64,000 bases of DNA, taken from Orbicella franksi (Eukaryota). Location of the stretch: NCBI GenBank assembly GCA_964199315.1, contig OZ116709.1, positions 23,808,001 to 23,872,000 on the forward strand, read 5' to 3'. Under the pieces are notes generated by a model, which saw only the letters and a program-made list of their open reading frames with translations, was not told the DNA's origin and made no database searches. Position numbers and translations under genes: made by a program. Below, in pieces: positions 11,691 to 25,059 of this stretch (its first letter is position 1; every line of letters starts with the position of its first letter).

Positions 11691-12714
11691 AGACACTACT
11701 TGACATACGTAACAGCTTGATAAAACTTGTGTTATTATCTTGCCTGTGTATTCGTAAAACCTTGAGGGTGCAGTAAAACTATCATTTCACAGATGTTTTT
11801 TGAGTCTAATTCTTGTTTTGCAGTCGTAAATTTATTTTAGCTATTTTTCAGCAAAGTGGCCGAAATTTTGGTCCGAAATTTGTCCGAAATGAGAAAAAAG
11901 TGTCTGAAAATTAAAAGTCCGAAATAAAATGCCCGAAATTTTAACGTACGAAATATTTTTGCAAGTTATGTATCTGGTAAATTCCCATATGAGACTAAAT
12001 TCAAGGAAAACAAGATCAAATAGACTGAGAAGTTTGCAGAACGCCTGGGTGCAGTATAGTATTTTTTACTAACAAGTTCAATACATTAATAGTCTCACGG
12101 TGAAACTTAGAAAACCGTGAACAACAGAAAATTTATGTAATGTTATTGTGTAGCAAGGAAAAATACAATTACTTAAGGTAATTTTGTATCTGGTTTTGAT
12201 GTTTGCAAATGAATATATGAAAGATCATGTAATTGAACTGCGGAGAAAGATATAAAGACATGATCGATCATCGCAGTTATGCACACAACTTTAGCAGTTG
12301 TGAAATTAAAGCGTGTCCTGAACTTTATTGTGACTGGTCAGAACACAATTGACCTGTCAGAATCAAATCAAAGTGTTCACGGTTGTTTGAATAGCTCTTC
12401 ACATTACGAAGATTATACTAGTGTAATAGACCAATTTGATCTATTAAAATTCAGCCTAACACAATAGACCTTAGTAGGAAGCTCTGAGGAATAAACCCCA
12501 CAAACTCTGTAGTTATTCCTCAGAGCCTCGTACTGACGTCTATTGTTTTAGGCTGAATTTTAATATAAGAAATTGGTCTATTGGTTGATTCAAATTCCAA
12601 TGCAAAGCAATAGAGGTTCATTACGTTTAGGGTTACATAACGCACATAACCGTATAGATACAATACAGAATTACTGCGCATGCAGCACCAGGCTCCTTGA
12701 TCAAGTCAAACAGT

Positions 12715-12771
12715 CAACCTCGTTCCCAGGTCTTTCCCCTCTATGGGAAAACCCCTTGGGAACGAGGCTAG
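12715..12771. mobile_element. Mini-MITE of the caacctcgttcccagg...cctgggaacgaggttg family
   Basis: Inverted termini caacctcgttcccagg / ttgggaacgaggctag. A second family member lies at 57444-57517. Confidence 0.65.
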
Positions 12772-15700
12772 GCAAACAGTTCGTTTCAGTACAAGGACTG
12801 ATCACAGAGAAGACTAGATCGACTATTTCAGTATTAAATCAGTTGATCATGATTCTGAGAAATAGAATAATAATATCCTTCATTTATTTAAAATCAGTGT
12901 TACAGCCCTGCATGTTTGTGAGGTGGCAACTATATCTAACCATGCTGACTATTCTCTGGTGTAAATTAAAATTAAAATTTTAAATCTGACATCATTCCTT
13001 TTCACCAGGTACTGACTGTACAGAAAAACTATTGAAATTGTCTTCCTTAGTGTCGAAACATCATATAATTTAACTGAAATATTGAATCATTTTACATTTC
13101 GAGTCTGCAGTAGAAGTTTTTGAATCTGCTATTTCCGCCCTGACATGACTGTTCTCAGCGGGCATATTATTAATTGAGATCAATGTAACTGGTGTATTAA
13201 CTTAATTACTGGGTGCCAAGGTGAATCAGCTACCTAAAACAAATCCTACATGTTTTGAATTTGTGTTTAGTTGTATGGTCACAAAAAAGAGGTGTGTTTG
13301 AAAATTAGCTCTCGTGCGGACACCCTGTGGAGTCACACAGAAGTAAAACGTCGCTGGCGTTTCACAAAACAGTTTGCTTTTACGTTTGTCAGCATGAAAT
13401 GGCAGGTGCTATGTGAAAAGCACTTCTTATTGAAGTCGATTTGCTGCTTTCTCTCTGTTCAAACCTAAAGTCACTCAATTTTCTGGCCATTCGTTACAGG
13501 ACCTGACAGAAAGCATACCATGGCACTATACAACAGGCAAAAATCAATATCTTAGGTTAAGAAAAACAAAATAAATTATTGTTAATTGAGAGAAAAAGGA
13601 AAAACTCGAAGCAGTCGGTACGATGTTTTGGAATTACTTTCCGAGTCAGGCAATTAGAGTTAATTAGCAAGCTTTTTATTAGTAGCATCACCGTTTGCAG
13701 ACGAGTAAAAACGTCTGTAATTAATCTTAGTTCTTCCCCACAAATTTCTCATAAAAAGAAACATTTTTTGAAAGCAGAGTTCAAAGAGAGATTTGAAACG
13801 CGTTGTAACAACTTTTGCAAAACCTCTGCTAACAGATCTAATTAAAGCCAGGGCAGATGTCTATTGATGCAGGCAGGCCCAAGTTATTGAAACTTATTGA
13901 TACACTCTCGGTAAATTTTATGTGGGCTTAAAGAAACTAATGTCATTTTGTTAATTACATCGCAAACTTCGCTCATTTGGTCTTTTCCGGTTTGCTGCCA
14001 TGTTTGTGCTATTAAATCAACGCCATCGCAACTGAAAGATGTAAGGCCAGGACTGCAAAGAAAGGAAGAAAAATGAATCTTGGAAAACATCCATTGGTTT
14101 GTTCACCCGTGAGGTAAGGTGAGTTTAGTTAGTTGTACCTTCTCTTTTTTTGTTTGAACGCATGTTCTCTTATCATAACCATCGTGACAAGTTTGTCTTT
14201 CGGTTAACGTCGTTCAGTTGTGGCACATATTTTGGTGCAGTTGCTTGGCGAACGCCTCTCAACAGTCAGTTGGACCGGGCTGTTGTTATTCAGCCCAGCG
14301 AGCAAGTTGAGCGCGAGCAACTGAATATTTTTTTTATGTATTTGATGTTTTTCCATACACGATCCTTATAGATGAATATCTGTAACTGTGTGATTTGAAC
14401 TAGCCACAAGAAAAGGTATCTTTTGGGTTCGCTGAAAGGCAGAATATATAAATGACCAACTTCTTGCTTAAATTTTGCTAATTACCTTCGTAGGTGCAAT
14501 GTTCTAGATAACTTTCCTTGACAAAAACTTGACTTTATTCATATGAAACCAGTGTCCATTGATCGGGCTTGACCAGTTTTAACTTGTTTCGTTCGCCCGT
14601 TTGTATCAATTCAGTATGTACAACTTAATCTTTTGTTTTACGTACGCGCTGGCTTAAGTACAGCACCATGTCATTTTCAATACTTGAGGTCCCGTTTTGA
14701 GGTGAAGTTCGAGGCTGGTTGATAATCCTCAGAATAAAACGAATTGATGTGATATTCATACTATTATCCTTTGCCGTCATAAAATCTACTATGGTCGCAA
14801 ACTGTTGAAGAGCTCTCTAGCTGATAAATTTTGTAGCATTTTCGTCTGTAGCTATTGATTGTTTTTTAAGGCAAATGTGATTTCGTCCATCTCGGCACAT
14901 AGATTACAAAAAGCTTTGTCATGCATTTGTGCTTAACCAATTATGTTTTTTTTAGTTTTCAATTGTTCTGGTCGAAATAAAACCAGAGAGATTGTGTTGC
15001 TTAGGTCAGCAGGACTGTTTTGATTCTTATCAATAATGTTTTCTTTGATCAGAATGACTGGCGAAGCGAGTTTCAAGTCATGTAACTAGATGTGACGCTA
15101 AAAACATGACTATGAAAACTCATCTCGACTGATGAAAGTGGTTAGGCTATTGTGCCTCATTAATTAAATTGTGAAAATAATATTTTAAGGTTTTGCTCGT
15201 TCCCGTTCGATACAGTTTCTCGTTTTGTCTGCGAGGTGAAAGTAAGTTGGACCCCACCCAAGCCTTTAGTCTTTTTTGATCCTGTCAACTCGAACAAAGG
15301 GCTCTTGATAATCTTGGAACATTTAATGATTATAACATGTAGATCGTCTCCTGCACGAAACGGATTAGGAAGTTCATAAAATACCAGCCTGTGGTTCCAA
15401 AGCGGTCAAGTATAAAGTTGCCGACAAATTCATTTAAACAAACAAAAACTAAGCGTACCCAGGCATGGCAGGTGAACCAAGCGACACAGAATTGGAACAC
15501 AAATATTACAAACAGTATTTAATCTAGCAGTTCTTCGAGTAAATACTTGCTTGAATTGATTAGCTTTCAGTGGCATATCGAACAGAGAGGACTCGACAAC
15601 TCAGCGGATGAACGGAACAAGGAAATGAACTTTTCAGTTGGTTGGTTTTTAAGTAAATATGTCTAGAGTCATTCATGATTGAAACTTCGAAATGAACAGT

Positions 15701-18700
15701 TCGTCAATTTATCCAATTAAAGTTTCAACCAATGCCAGACCATTTCATCCCTAAGACCACAAGATCAATTGAGGTGAACTGCAGTTCTTAAGGATCCGAG
15801 TTTCCCAACTCAGAGCTGTTTTTTATCATTTTTGGTAAACTTAAATGTCTCAAGAGACATGCGCAATTTGAAACACTTTTGAAAAATTAGTCCTAGCAAG
15901 AAACCCTTGCATCAGAGAGTTGTCATACTTATTTTGTTAGCTAATTGTAAACGAAAGCCGAAAAATATAATGCAGTGTTTTTTTTTCACTTATAAGCTTT
16001 CCGCCTAGTTTGTGCCATTTAATAATCCTTGCATTGCAAGAGTCTTCTGTTATCTGAATTTCAACATACAACGCTAAAACTCCTGTACATGCATAAAGCA
16101 GCTTAACCAGGTTTTGCTTTTAAAAGTCCGCTAAACACAGTATTTGTCTAACTAAGTATTATATTTAGGGTCAGACATGATCGGTTTCCGCGCACTGTAA
16201 AATGTTAGTGTCCGTTATACTGACATCAGAAAGTTTTGAAAGAAAACTCAGATATTTTATGGTCCAAGACCTTGACATAAACCTTAACTAATTGAAAAAA
16301 AATAATTCTCCAAAGTAATAATCAAAGTGGATTCAATAAAGTTGCCCGAATACAGTTGGAATGTAATAAGATAAAGTTTATGGCCTTTCATTGAAATAGC
16401 AGGTTGTTAATTATGCAATTTATTTTGGAAAGGTTTGAAAAGTGTGAAAACGGCCGGTTCGTTGCGTAAGTTGAACTGGAGGGTGTGGCTGGGTTACTTA
16501 GTGATTCTACCACAAACTCAGTTGCTGAATATGGTTCGTAATAGTGAAACACAACATAAATACTATGAAAAAAGAGAAAAATAAACGGTCAACTGACCTA
16601 ACAAGATTGAAATGTGTTCAAACCAATAACATGGTTTCTGTCAAAGTCAATTAGTGTTTATACATGAAGCGAAATACAGTCGGTACCACCGCCTTAGAAG
16701 TTACAAACTATTGTTCATTATGAACTCGAGATTTAATTATCGAATGAATCTATCACTGTCAAGAATAGCCTAAAATAACTACTTTAATCTAGTAACTGCT
16801 TTACTGATTTAGACAACAAGTTAAAAATTTGCTGTATTTTACACTGCTTGCTTCTCAGACACAGTTGTGAACCATCTGCTCAATGACGCGTTCTTATCTA
16901 GAATTGTTTATTTTGTGATTATTGCGTTATTCCAATCATCTCATTTGACGCATAGATAACGGTTTAAAAGCAACATGTAAGAGATAAAAACTTTGTCTAG
17001 TTAATTTTCTTTTGCGCTGAAAATTAAACCTCAATGGTCGACGTTGAGATGGTTGGCCCACAGTTTGGGAACAGCCGCCTCCAAACGCGCGGTATTTATG
17101 TCAATTTTTTAAAGTTCTATAAAACGAAACGGAATTGAGATGGCACTTCGTATTACAATCTTAAACCAGCGGCGTTGTTTTTAGTGCGTGATACTTTGTC
17201 AAGTTTTTTTTTTTTGTTCTTGTTGTACTGAATTATGGGTTCTAAGAAGACAGGTGTTTCATTGTTTTAATATGAAAGGCAAACAGAATGATGTGATCGC
17301 AACCCGCCTCTTTGATTCAATTTGTAAGAAAAGCTGCAGAATTCAAATCCGGAATAAATATCCATTGAATAATATGTCCTTAGGTTTTCCGGAGTCATAT
17401 ATTAAACTCGTATATTGCTTTGGTGTTTGCTTATGCTCTGCAAATATAGTTTTTTGTTCCGAGGCGATGTCTGTGGGAAAACCGTAACTTAGTGAATTTC
17501 CCACTGGAAAATCCAACTTTCGCTTCATTATTTATTGTTACATGCGAATGTTTGTTTGTCAAGCAGGATAAAAGTTGCCAATCCTGTATTTGTGTCAGGC
17601 CTGGTGAAAATGAACTAAAGAAAGGAAATATGAATTTGCATTTTTGATCATGAAATAAAATCAAATAAATTGTCGCCTTTCAAAGCGGCGAGAAAATTAA
17701 CGGGTAGGGCTTTTGGATGGTTTTCGGGTTATTAAATTATCAGTTCTTTTGATCACGAAAATCTGCTTCATGTACCAGAGTCTGTAATATTTGGCACATT
17801 TACTTATGCGGTCTGATACAAAGACACTTGTTCGGCCTCCATGGAGTAATGATATCAATGATGGATTATTAGAATTATCTAGATTTTCCCAGTTGTAAAC
17901 CAAGACGAAAAGTGTGGTAAATTAACTAATAGACGCAATAGTCCTCCAAATACAAGCCCATCACATCCTCTAAAAGATAAGGAACAAAATAGAAACGGAG
18001 AAAATATTAATAATAAAAAAAAAACAAGATATTTCCATTCAATCAATTAGGGTTCTTCTTGGGAGTGAAAAGGACTGTGCACCTTAAAAGCAATGTGCTG
18101 TAATTTTCCGCCCAAACCGAGTCCGTAACGATTTCAAAGAGCTACATGAAATTACGGAGTAAAATATATTAGAAAGCCTGTATGAACTAAGTACAACATC
18201 GACTGACGCTGTATAGATAAAGCTTTAAAGAAACGAAATATTTTAATGACCAGTTTCTTTTGCACATTTCCAACTTTCATTGGTACTAGAGGACAGACAT
18301 CGAGTTTTGAGTTACTGAAATCTTATGGCGTGAAATCTTTCTAAAAGCCACATTCGACTTTATATTGTCGTCTAGAAAGGAAGTGAGGAGATTCAGTAAG
18401 ATCGTGAGGTTAAAATTAAATTTAAAAATAAATCTTAGCGCTCTACCACCGCCCAAAGATAAATATGATAAATGGGAAAAAACACGAGTATAGAGCCTGT
18501 TAACTGGAAGTATTTTAACCCGGTGAACTACATCAGGATAAAAATAGATTGCTTGTGCTCAGGCCATCTTCATTTTCATCGCGGCGAGAAAATCGCAGGT
18601 TAGCAATTACACAATTTTTATTCCGTCGCTTCCCTTATTTCAAAAGCCAACCCTGTTCAAAACCTTTTCCCATTATTTGACATTAACAATGATTTAATTT

Positions 18701-19972
18701 AGGGATGTTGAACGCTCAGTTATTTAACATACGCCAGGGGAAGAAAGTCGAGATCTGTTTGACAATGATACAATAATACGGCTTCGAAAACATGAAAGTT
18801 CCAAACATATACTTTCTTATGACTGTCGTGAAACATAACATATATAGCGCAGATATAACACACAGGGCTGATATCAGATAAATTCACGTGAGCAGACTCG
18901 TAATACTTATGGTTTTGCAAATGATCTGGTTGACGAACAACAACTTTAGTCTCATTGGTCACAGAAAATTGAACGAAAATTTTCGACCAATCACTGACAG
19001 AGCTCAACAAACGGCATTTCTCACGACAGTGATAAGAAAGCGCTCTTCACAAATTTATTCGAAATTCTTTTGTAATTGTCTTAATGTAGAAGCCATAATT
19101 TAATTATAACTCTAAATTAATTATTTGAAATTTAACTACAGCTGATGACGAAAACTAGCTAGAAAGGTTGTAAAAATACAGTATACTTGTAATAAACTTA
19201 AGTTTGCATTAATTTGAACTTAAAGTACGCTGCGCACGAGGCGTTTAACAGTTTTCGTTTTCTGCCATCATGATTATCAGTTTTTAAATGAACAAATTAT
19301 AGAAGTTTAAATCTTTTCCTGGGCCTTAGCATTGAGCATATAAGGGGAATGTGAGAAGGAAAGTAGAGCCAATACAGGTAATTTTCCAATTTTTTGTATC
19401 GTGTTGTAGATTCTACTCTGAACCTTAAACGAGACATAAAATACAATGTTAATGACGTAACGGCATGCACAATACAAGTTAAGGTTTTCGGTAGACTGTC
19501 ACTAAGAGTTCATGGCATCATATTTGTTTCGAATACACTAAATACACTGTTGAAAGTTAAACACTGGGCAGGGATGATATGCCATTACCATCAAACCTGG
19601 TGTAACCAAGTTAATGGCTGATGCGGCGCGGCTACCGTGGTGGCAGGCAACTGGTTCACTGCAATTAAAGATCTTGTTATGTTTGATTGCTGTGATCTGG
19701 TTGCCTCTATTACTAAAAGGTCTATGGCTTGTGTCACTCGTTCCTTCACTTAATGCCTGCACATTTTTAACAAATAATCTCCTCAATATTTTATTTTTGC
19801 ACAAGTCCGGCACAAATCTAAGGTGCGGTGAGCATACATGAGGGAAGTCCTTGAGTCTTATACAGCAAACTATTGCCTGACAGACATCACCAGTCCTTCA
19901 CAAGAATGACCATTTTATAATTTTCGGCTACGTTATCTTACATACTGTACTATTGGTACATAATGGCTGGTA

Positions 19973-21089
19973 TTTTTTTTTAACATTATTACTTTTTTAT
20001 TATTTTACAACAGTACTACAACTACTAATTACAGAAGTGATAACTATTTACAACAGTAATACAACTACTAACACTATTTACTCTTATTAACAATACGATG
20101 TAATTACACGTGCTACCTACTATACTAAAATTTGCATAATTTACTCTACAAAACAATACATTAATCCTTTTTAAGTTACGATACTAATACCATTACTGAT
20201 GCTTCTTACATTCATGTTATAACAATAGTAGTAAAACACTAATGACTGATTTTGCCACTGAGACTGATTATATAATGTAAATTGAATTAATTAATTTAAA
20301 TTTCCCATTTTTCAGCTTTCCATTGCAAAGATAGCGCTGACTTCAATTCAAGAAAATTGAAAGTTTTTTCCAACATTTTGCAATAATAATAATAATATTT
20401 TTCAGTTTGCACTACTAAAATCCCAAACTTCCGGGTGAGGTTTGGGCTTGTATTTGAGAGAAGATCATAGTCCTTAAATAGTAGCTGTATTTTAGATGGT
20501 GTAAAGTTAACTCTGTGCTCATTATTAAACCATGTAAGAACTTTTTGAAAGAAGTTTAGGCCAGCAGGACACTCCAGAAATGCATGTTCCAAATGTTCGG
20601 TGGAATAGATGCAAGGATTTGAAAAAAGTTTAAAAAATTTGCAGACATTTTGTACCTTCGATTAAATTCTTCAAAAGTAGGAAAATTACCATTTTCATTT
20701 AAAATATCTTGAATGTAATAAATTCCATTTTGGGTCCACCACTTCCAAAAAAGCGATTTGCCTTCAATGGTTATGTCTTGGTTATTCCAAAGAATAAGGT
20801 CACTTTCGTAGCTATCTTGGTTGACCTGGCGTAATTCCTTAAAGTAATCTAGCATTTCTAAGTAGAATAACGATACACTTTTGTCTAACTTCTTTGTATT
20901 GTAATTGCACTTGAGTAAGAAGTTGAGACCTCCATACTTTTCGAAAAAAGCAATTGGAATAGTTTTCCAAGCATCAGTAGAAGGGTTTTTTTTTTCTAAC
21001 AGTCTTCTGATCCAGCTTAAACGGAGCGCTTTAACTGTTGTGGCAAAATTTGGAAAATTAAGACCACCTTTTCTCATTTCTTGATAATG
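19973..21089 (-). mobile_element. 5'-truncated L1/Tx1-clade retrotransposon with poly(A) tail, 13-bp TSD and an internal deletion
   Basis: ORF2 C-terminal motifs KGGLNFPNFATTVKALRLSWIRRL, LWNNQDI, GIYYIQDI and EHAFLECP. T-run at 19973-19981 is poly(A) on the minus strand. ATAATGGCTGGTA occurs at 19960-19972 and 21090-21102. Confidence 0.88.
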
Positions 21090-21670
21090 ATAATGGCTGG
21101 TATGATATACTTACACAGTTTCATTTCATGAAAAAGAGAAATTCTTTTGGTTTAAAAGATTACCAACTCTTTTTTATCGAATCAAAGTATTAGTCATGCA
21201 TAAGTTTTCCTCTCGTGTGAACTTTACACTGTGTAGCAACCTAACTGACAAAAACAGTCAGAGGACTCAGTGCAGTGAACATCTGCTAAGGTCGGAAAAC
21301 CAAACGCTGCGCTTGAACTTGGCGAGAGGAATCGATGCCATCCCTGAAGAACTCGCATTGCAGCAAAGAAAGCTCCTGCGTTTCAAAGTTTCTTGAAGGC
21401 AATGACAGGGTACGTACCTTGTTTTTACATGAAACGAAAGCAGGCTGCGAAGAAGCACAGCTGTAACACAATGAGAAGTCAACAACAACGGCAAACGAGA
21501 ACCATGTCTTCTTCTGTCTGCCTAGTAAGCTCAGACAAACAGTGTAACACTTGATGAACTTTACCACGTGATTAGCAGAACCACGAAACATTACTGAACC
21601 CTTCTGCTAAGTCACGCGGTACTGGTCACGCCATCGAATTCTTGGTGTGAGCTGGTGTGAGTACTGTTAA

Positions 21671-24600
21671 TCACGTGCTAGTGCTATGATGGTGCACGAG
21701 CATTGTTCCTTCGGTTGCCGAGGACTTCTGATAAACTGATTGTACCGAGTTTATATCCTCTTTACGTGGACGACAGAAGCAGCATCTGAGAATGTTTTTG
21801 AATTCACGGTTGAACCTTTCGTTGAGGAAAATATAAAAGCACGGATTGATGGCACTATTGGCGTGTGACAAAAAGTAAAAACTGGTTTCCACGTGTCCGA
21901 AGGCAAGCAAAGCTTTATATGTGTCAGTGAAAAAGTATCCCAGTAAATGCATTATGTGAGTCGGCAGCCAACAAAGAGCAAACGTAACCACCACGATGAT
22001 GAGCATGCGCAATACCTTCCGCTTAGACGATTCATTCTGACGTTTTTGATGAGCGGTTGTGACTCCTGGAATCTCACGTGACCACAGGCGACGACCGATA
22101 AGAATGTACAACCCTGCGATGATAGCAAGAGGAATCAAATAGAGCACCACAAACGTGGTCATAAAATAGGCCCTAGCCACTTCATACTGTTTGCTACGGT
22201 CGCTCGACAGATAGTTCCAAACCATTCTGCAGTCCCAGCGGGAACCATCGGTTGCGGGCACGCTATCAAAGAGAACCAGGTACAGCGAGAAATACAGCGA
22301 TGATGAAATCCAAATCACGGACGTCACTAGTTTTGTGTTTCGAATGACGGGGACGTCGACAAATGGATGAAGAATCGCGAAGTAGCGGTCCAGCGAAATG
22401 AACACGAGTGTGATGATGCTGGCAGCGATGGAGAGAACCCCTGAGAAATTCACAAACTTACACGTGACTGACCCCAGCCCACCGGAAATCCAGGTCTGGC
22501 GAGCGTACAAAAATTTAACCTACAAGAACAGATAGGTGCATGGACATGTTAGTGAAGTCTGCCAACAATGAATCATGTCAGTGTTTTTCTAATAAAAATT
22601 AGATAAACCTGACAAAGTAGTGGCTATTAGACCGATTAAAAACAACTTTCAAGCTGCTCGACCTTTTCTTAATTCTGAGATGTCCTCTACCTTGCTAATA
22701 ACCCGACCGAAATCCCTACTTATTTTTACTCACTTCTTATCCTCACCTGTCCTACAGGACATCTAAGGCCATGATCGAAATACCATCCTCAGGCAAATTC
22801 TCGTTAGCGGGTAGACGCGGCGGCGCGGGAAAAAAATTACAGACAAATGTATGGAAAATTAGAAAAATTAACTGAGCGTCTTTTAGCCAAGCTACATCCT
22901 TCAAACTTGGTGAAAGCTATCTTCTACCTAGTTTTTCAACGTTACGATTCCCAAATTGTGTAAAATTCAATTTTGGAAAAAGTTATTTGCCATCGTAATC
23001 CCATACAAACACAGTAATTTCTGACCGCTTTGCCTACCAGTCAAGATGGTGTCGAAAACCGTGATAAGGTCTATTGAGCTTCTTAGCCTTTGGAATCATG
23101 TTTTCATATAACGAACCTGGCTAAAATTGTATCTTATGGCTAAACTTGACTGACATCTGTTACTCACCTCTGAAGGCATAATAAAAAGAGAAACAAGAAG
23201 ATCTCCAATGGCCATGTTAACAATCAGGAAGTTAAAGGTGCTCTTCATTCTCTTATGAGAGGCTACAATGTAGATGATGCACGCGTTACCAAAGAAACCG
23301 AAGATAAAGACAACGACATAGGCTATTGTCATCCACACAGTGGCGTTGTCATTAACTCTCGCTGTGACAGTTGATGCTGTAGAGTTTGCCCAACCTAACG
23401 ACAGACGTTAAACCAATCACCATTCAGTATAAATTAACAGTAGGCCTTCGCTATAGCTCACCTAGCTACAAGAATGCTTTCGAAACAAATCAGGAAGATT
23501 GTTTCGCCGAGGTTCAAGCAGCGTTAAAGAAGGGGAAATTGATTGGAAACTAAGACAGGGCAGGACAACTGAACGCTGAGAAGATTTTAAAAATCAAATC
23601 AATATTTCTAACCACCTGAGATTAGCAGCTGCACAGTAATTAACTAGCACACCTTCTTCGATGTTACTTTTCGCCCTGGCCGGTTTATTTTTAAAATAGT
23701 AAACTGAATTTAACATTGAGAACGTTGCTTGGAAATTGAGAATTTAAGAATATCAAACTTAGAAAACTGATTTGTCTCTCTTCCAGTGTGTTGTGGCTAG
23801 CACGAAACAACATTGTTCCGTTGAAATTAAACACCATAAACATTAGTTTTCCATCAATATAGTGGTCGGCGAGCTTTATTGCCTTGTTTTATTAACAAGA
23901 ATATCGGAAATGAGCTCGAGAAACTTTCACTCTCTAAAATATGTACAGGAGAAACTTTTTCCAATATGATAAGTAGTATCCAAAATAATAAGTAGATTTA
24001 ACAAAAACGTTTTTATTGAAACAGCCAGCGTGAATTCAAAGACAACTGGGATTGGAAACAATTTTTATCGGCAGCTGCTAAGAATGTTCCTAATGGACGT
24101 TTTTTCTTTTCTTCTTTGATGGAGAACACGACAAGATTTTTCATTTTACTCAAACCTATTAGCATTGCGAGGTATTCTATAGGAAAGCTCGGAAAGGTTT
24201 CAATTATTCAAGACTTGTCAGTTTTTTTAGCTTGGCTGTAATGAGTATTCACAGAAACATGACAGTCTCCGCTCGCTTAATTTGGGTATGGTAATGAAAT
24301 TAATTTTGTTTTAGTACCAAAAAAATTTATGGAAAAAATACACACAACTTATAGGGAGATACATCAATGTTTTTCAAATTCGTCAAGTTCTCGTTCTCTT
24401 AGACCGCACAAAATGACAAGGAACAACAAACTGAACAAAAATTCTGTAGTTTTATGTATAATTTGATCACCTCATGACAAAAGTGTAATTAAAATTTAAT
24501 TCACAGCGACACTGGCACAAATGGAGTTAGACAAACTCGACGCCTTGTATATTTTAAAGCAAACTAGAATTTTATCTGAAAAACATCAGAGGCAGTTTGC

Positions 24601-25059
24601 CTTAGGGGGACACTTGACTGTGATCTTATTTTCTTAGAGATAAAAAATGGAGTTTTAATTAATGTTAAAGGTTAAGTTGGGAATAAAAGACTGACTATCA
24701 ACCCAAAAGAGACGCAGCTACAAAGAGCTATTACACCACTTTAAAAACTGTTAAAACGATTTGTCTCAGAAAACATCGCTTTCGTCGACTGTTCCCTTCA
24801 GCTCTATGCGGAACGAACATCCGGGCACAGATTACTAAAACCGAACTGACTCATTTCAATCTTCAGATCCAATTTGGTGGAAATTGTGTACCAAGAACCA
24901 ATTCCTCTTGGATTTCGAATAACGTAGCTATTACAAAACTAAAACTAAGACATTGCTAAAAAATGTAGATTTTCGTGGAAAACATGAGAGGAGAAGTATA
25001 AACTCTGATGTAATCACATATAGGAGCGCACCTTCAGCTGATGTGTTGTTTGTTGCCAT
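21671..25059 (-). CDS. Class A (rhodopsin-like) GPCR, neuropeptide-receptor-like, ~367 aa, 3 coding exons
   Basis: Exons 25032-25059 (MATNNTSAE+G), 23168-23394 and 21671-22519 join in frame at GT-AG sites (phase 1, then phase 0). Motifs: GN in TM1, MAIGDL in TM2, CK at the top of TM3, DRY, CWLP, NSAINPCFY. N-terminal N-glycosylation sequons NNT, NST and NAT. Confidence 0.92.

Noticed and set aside
14060-14120. Strong plus-strand donors (GAG|GTAAGG at ~14113; CCG|GTAAGT at ~59202)
   Set aside because: No partner exons or ORF were found, and isolated donor motifs are expected by chance in 64 kb.
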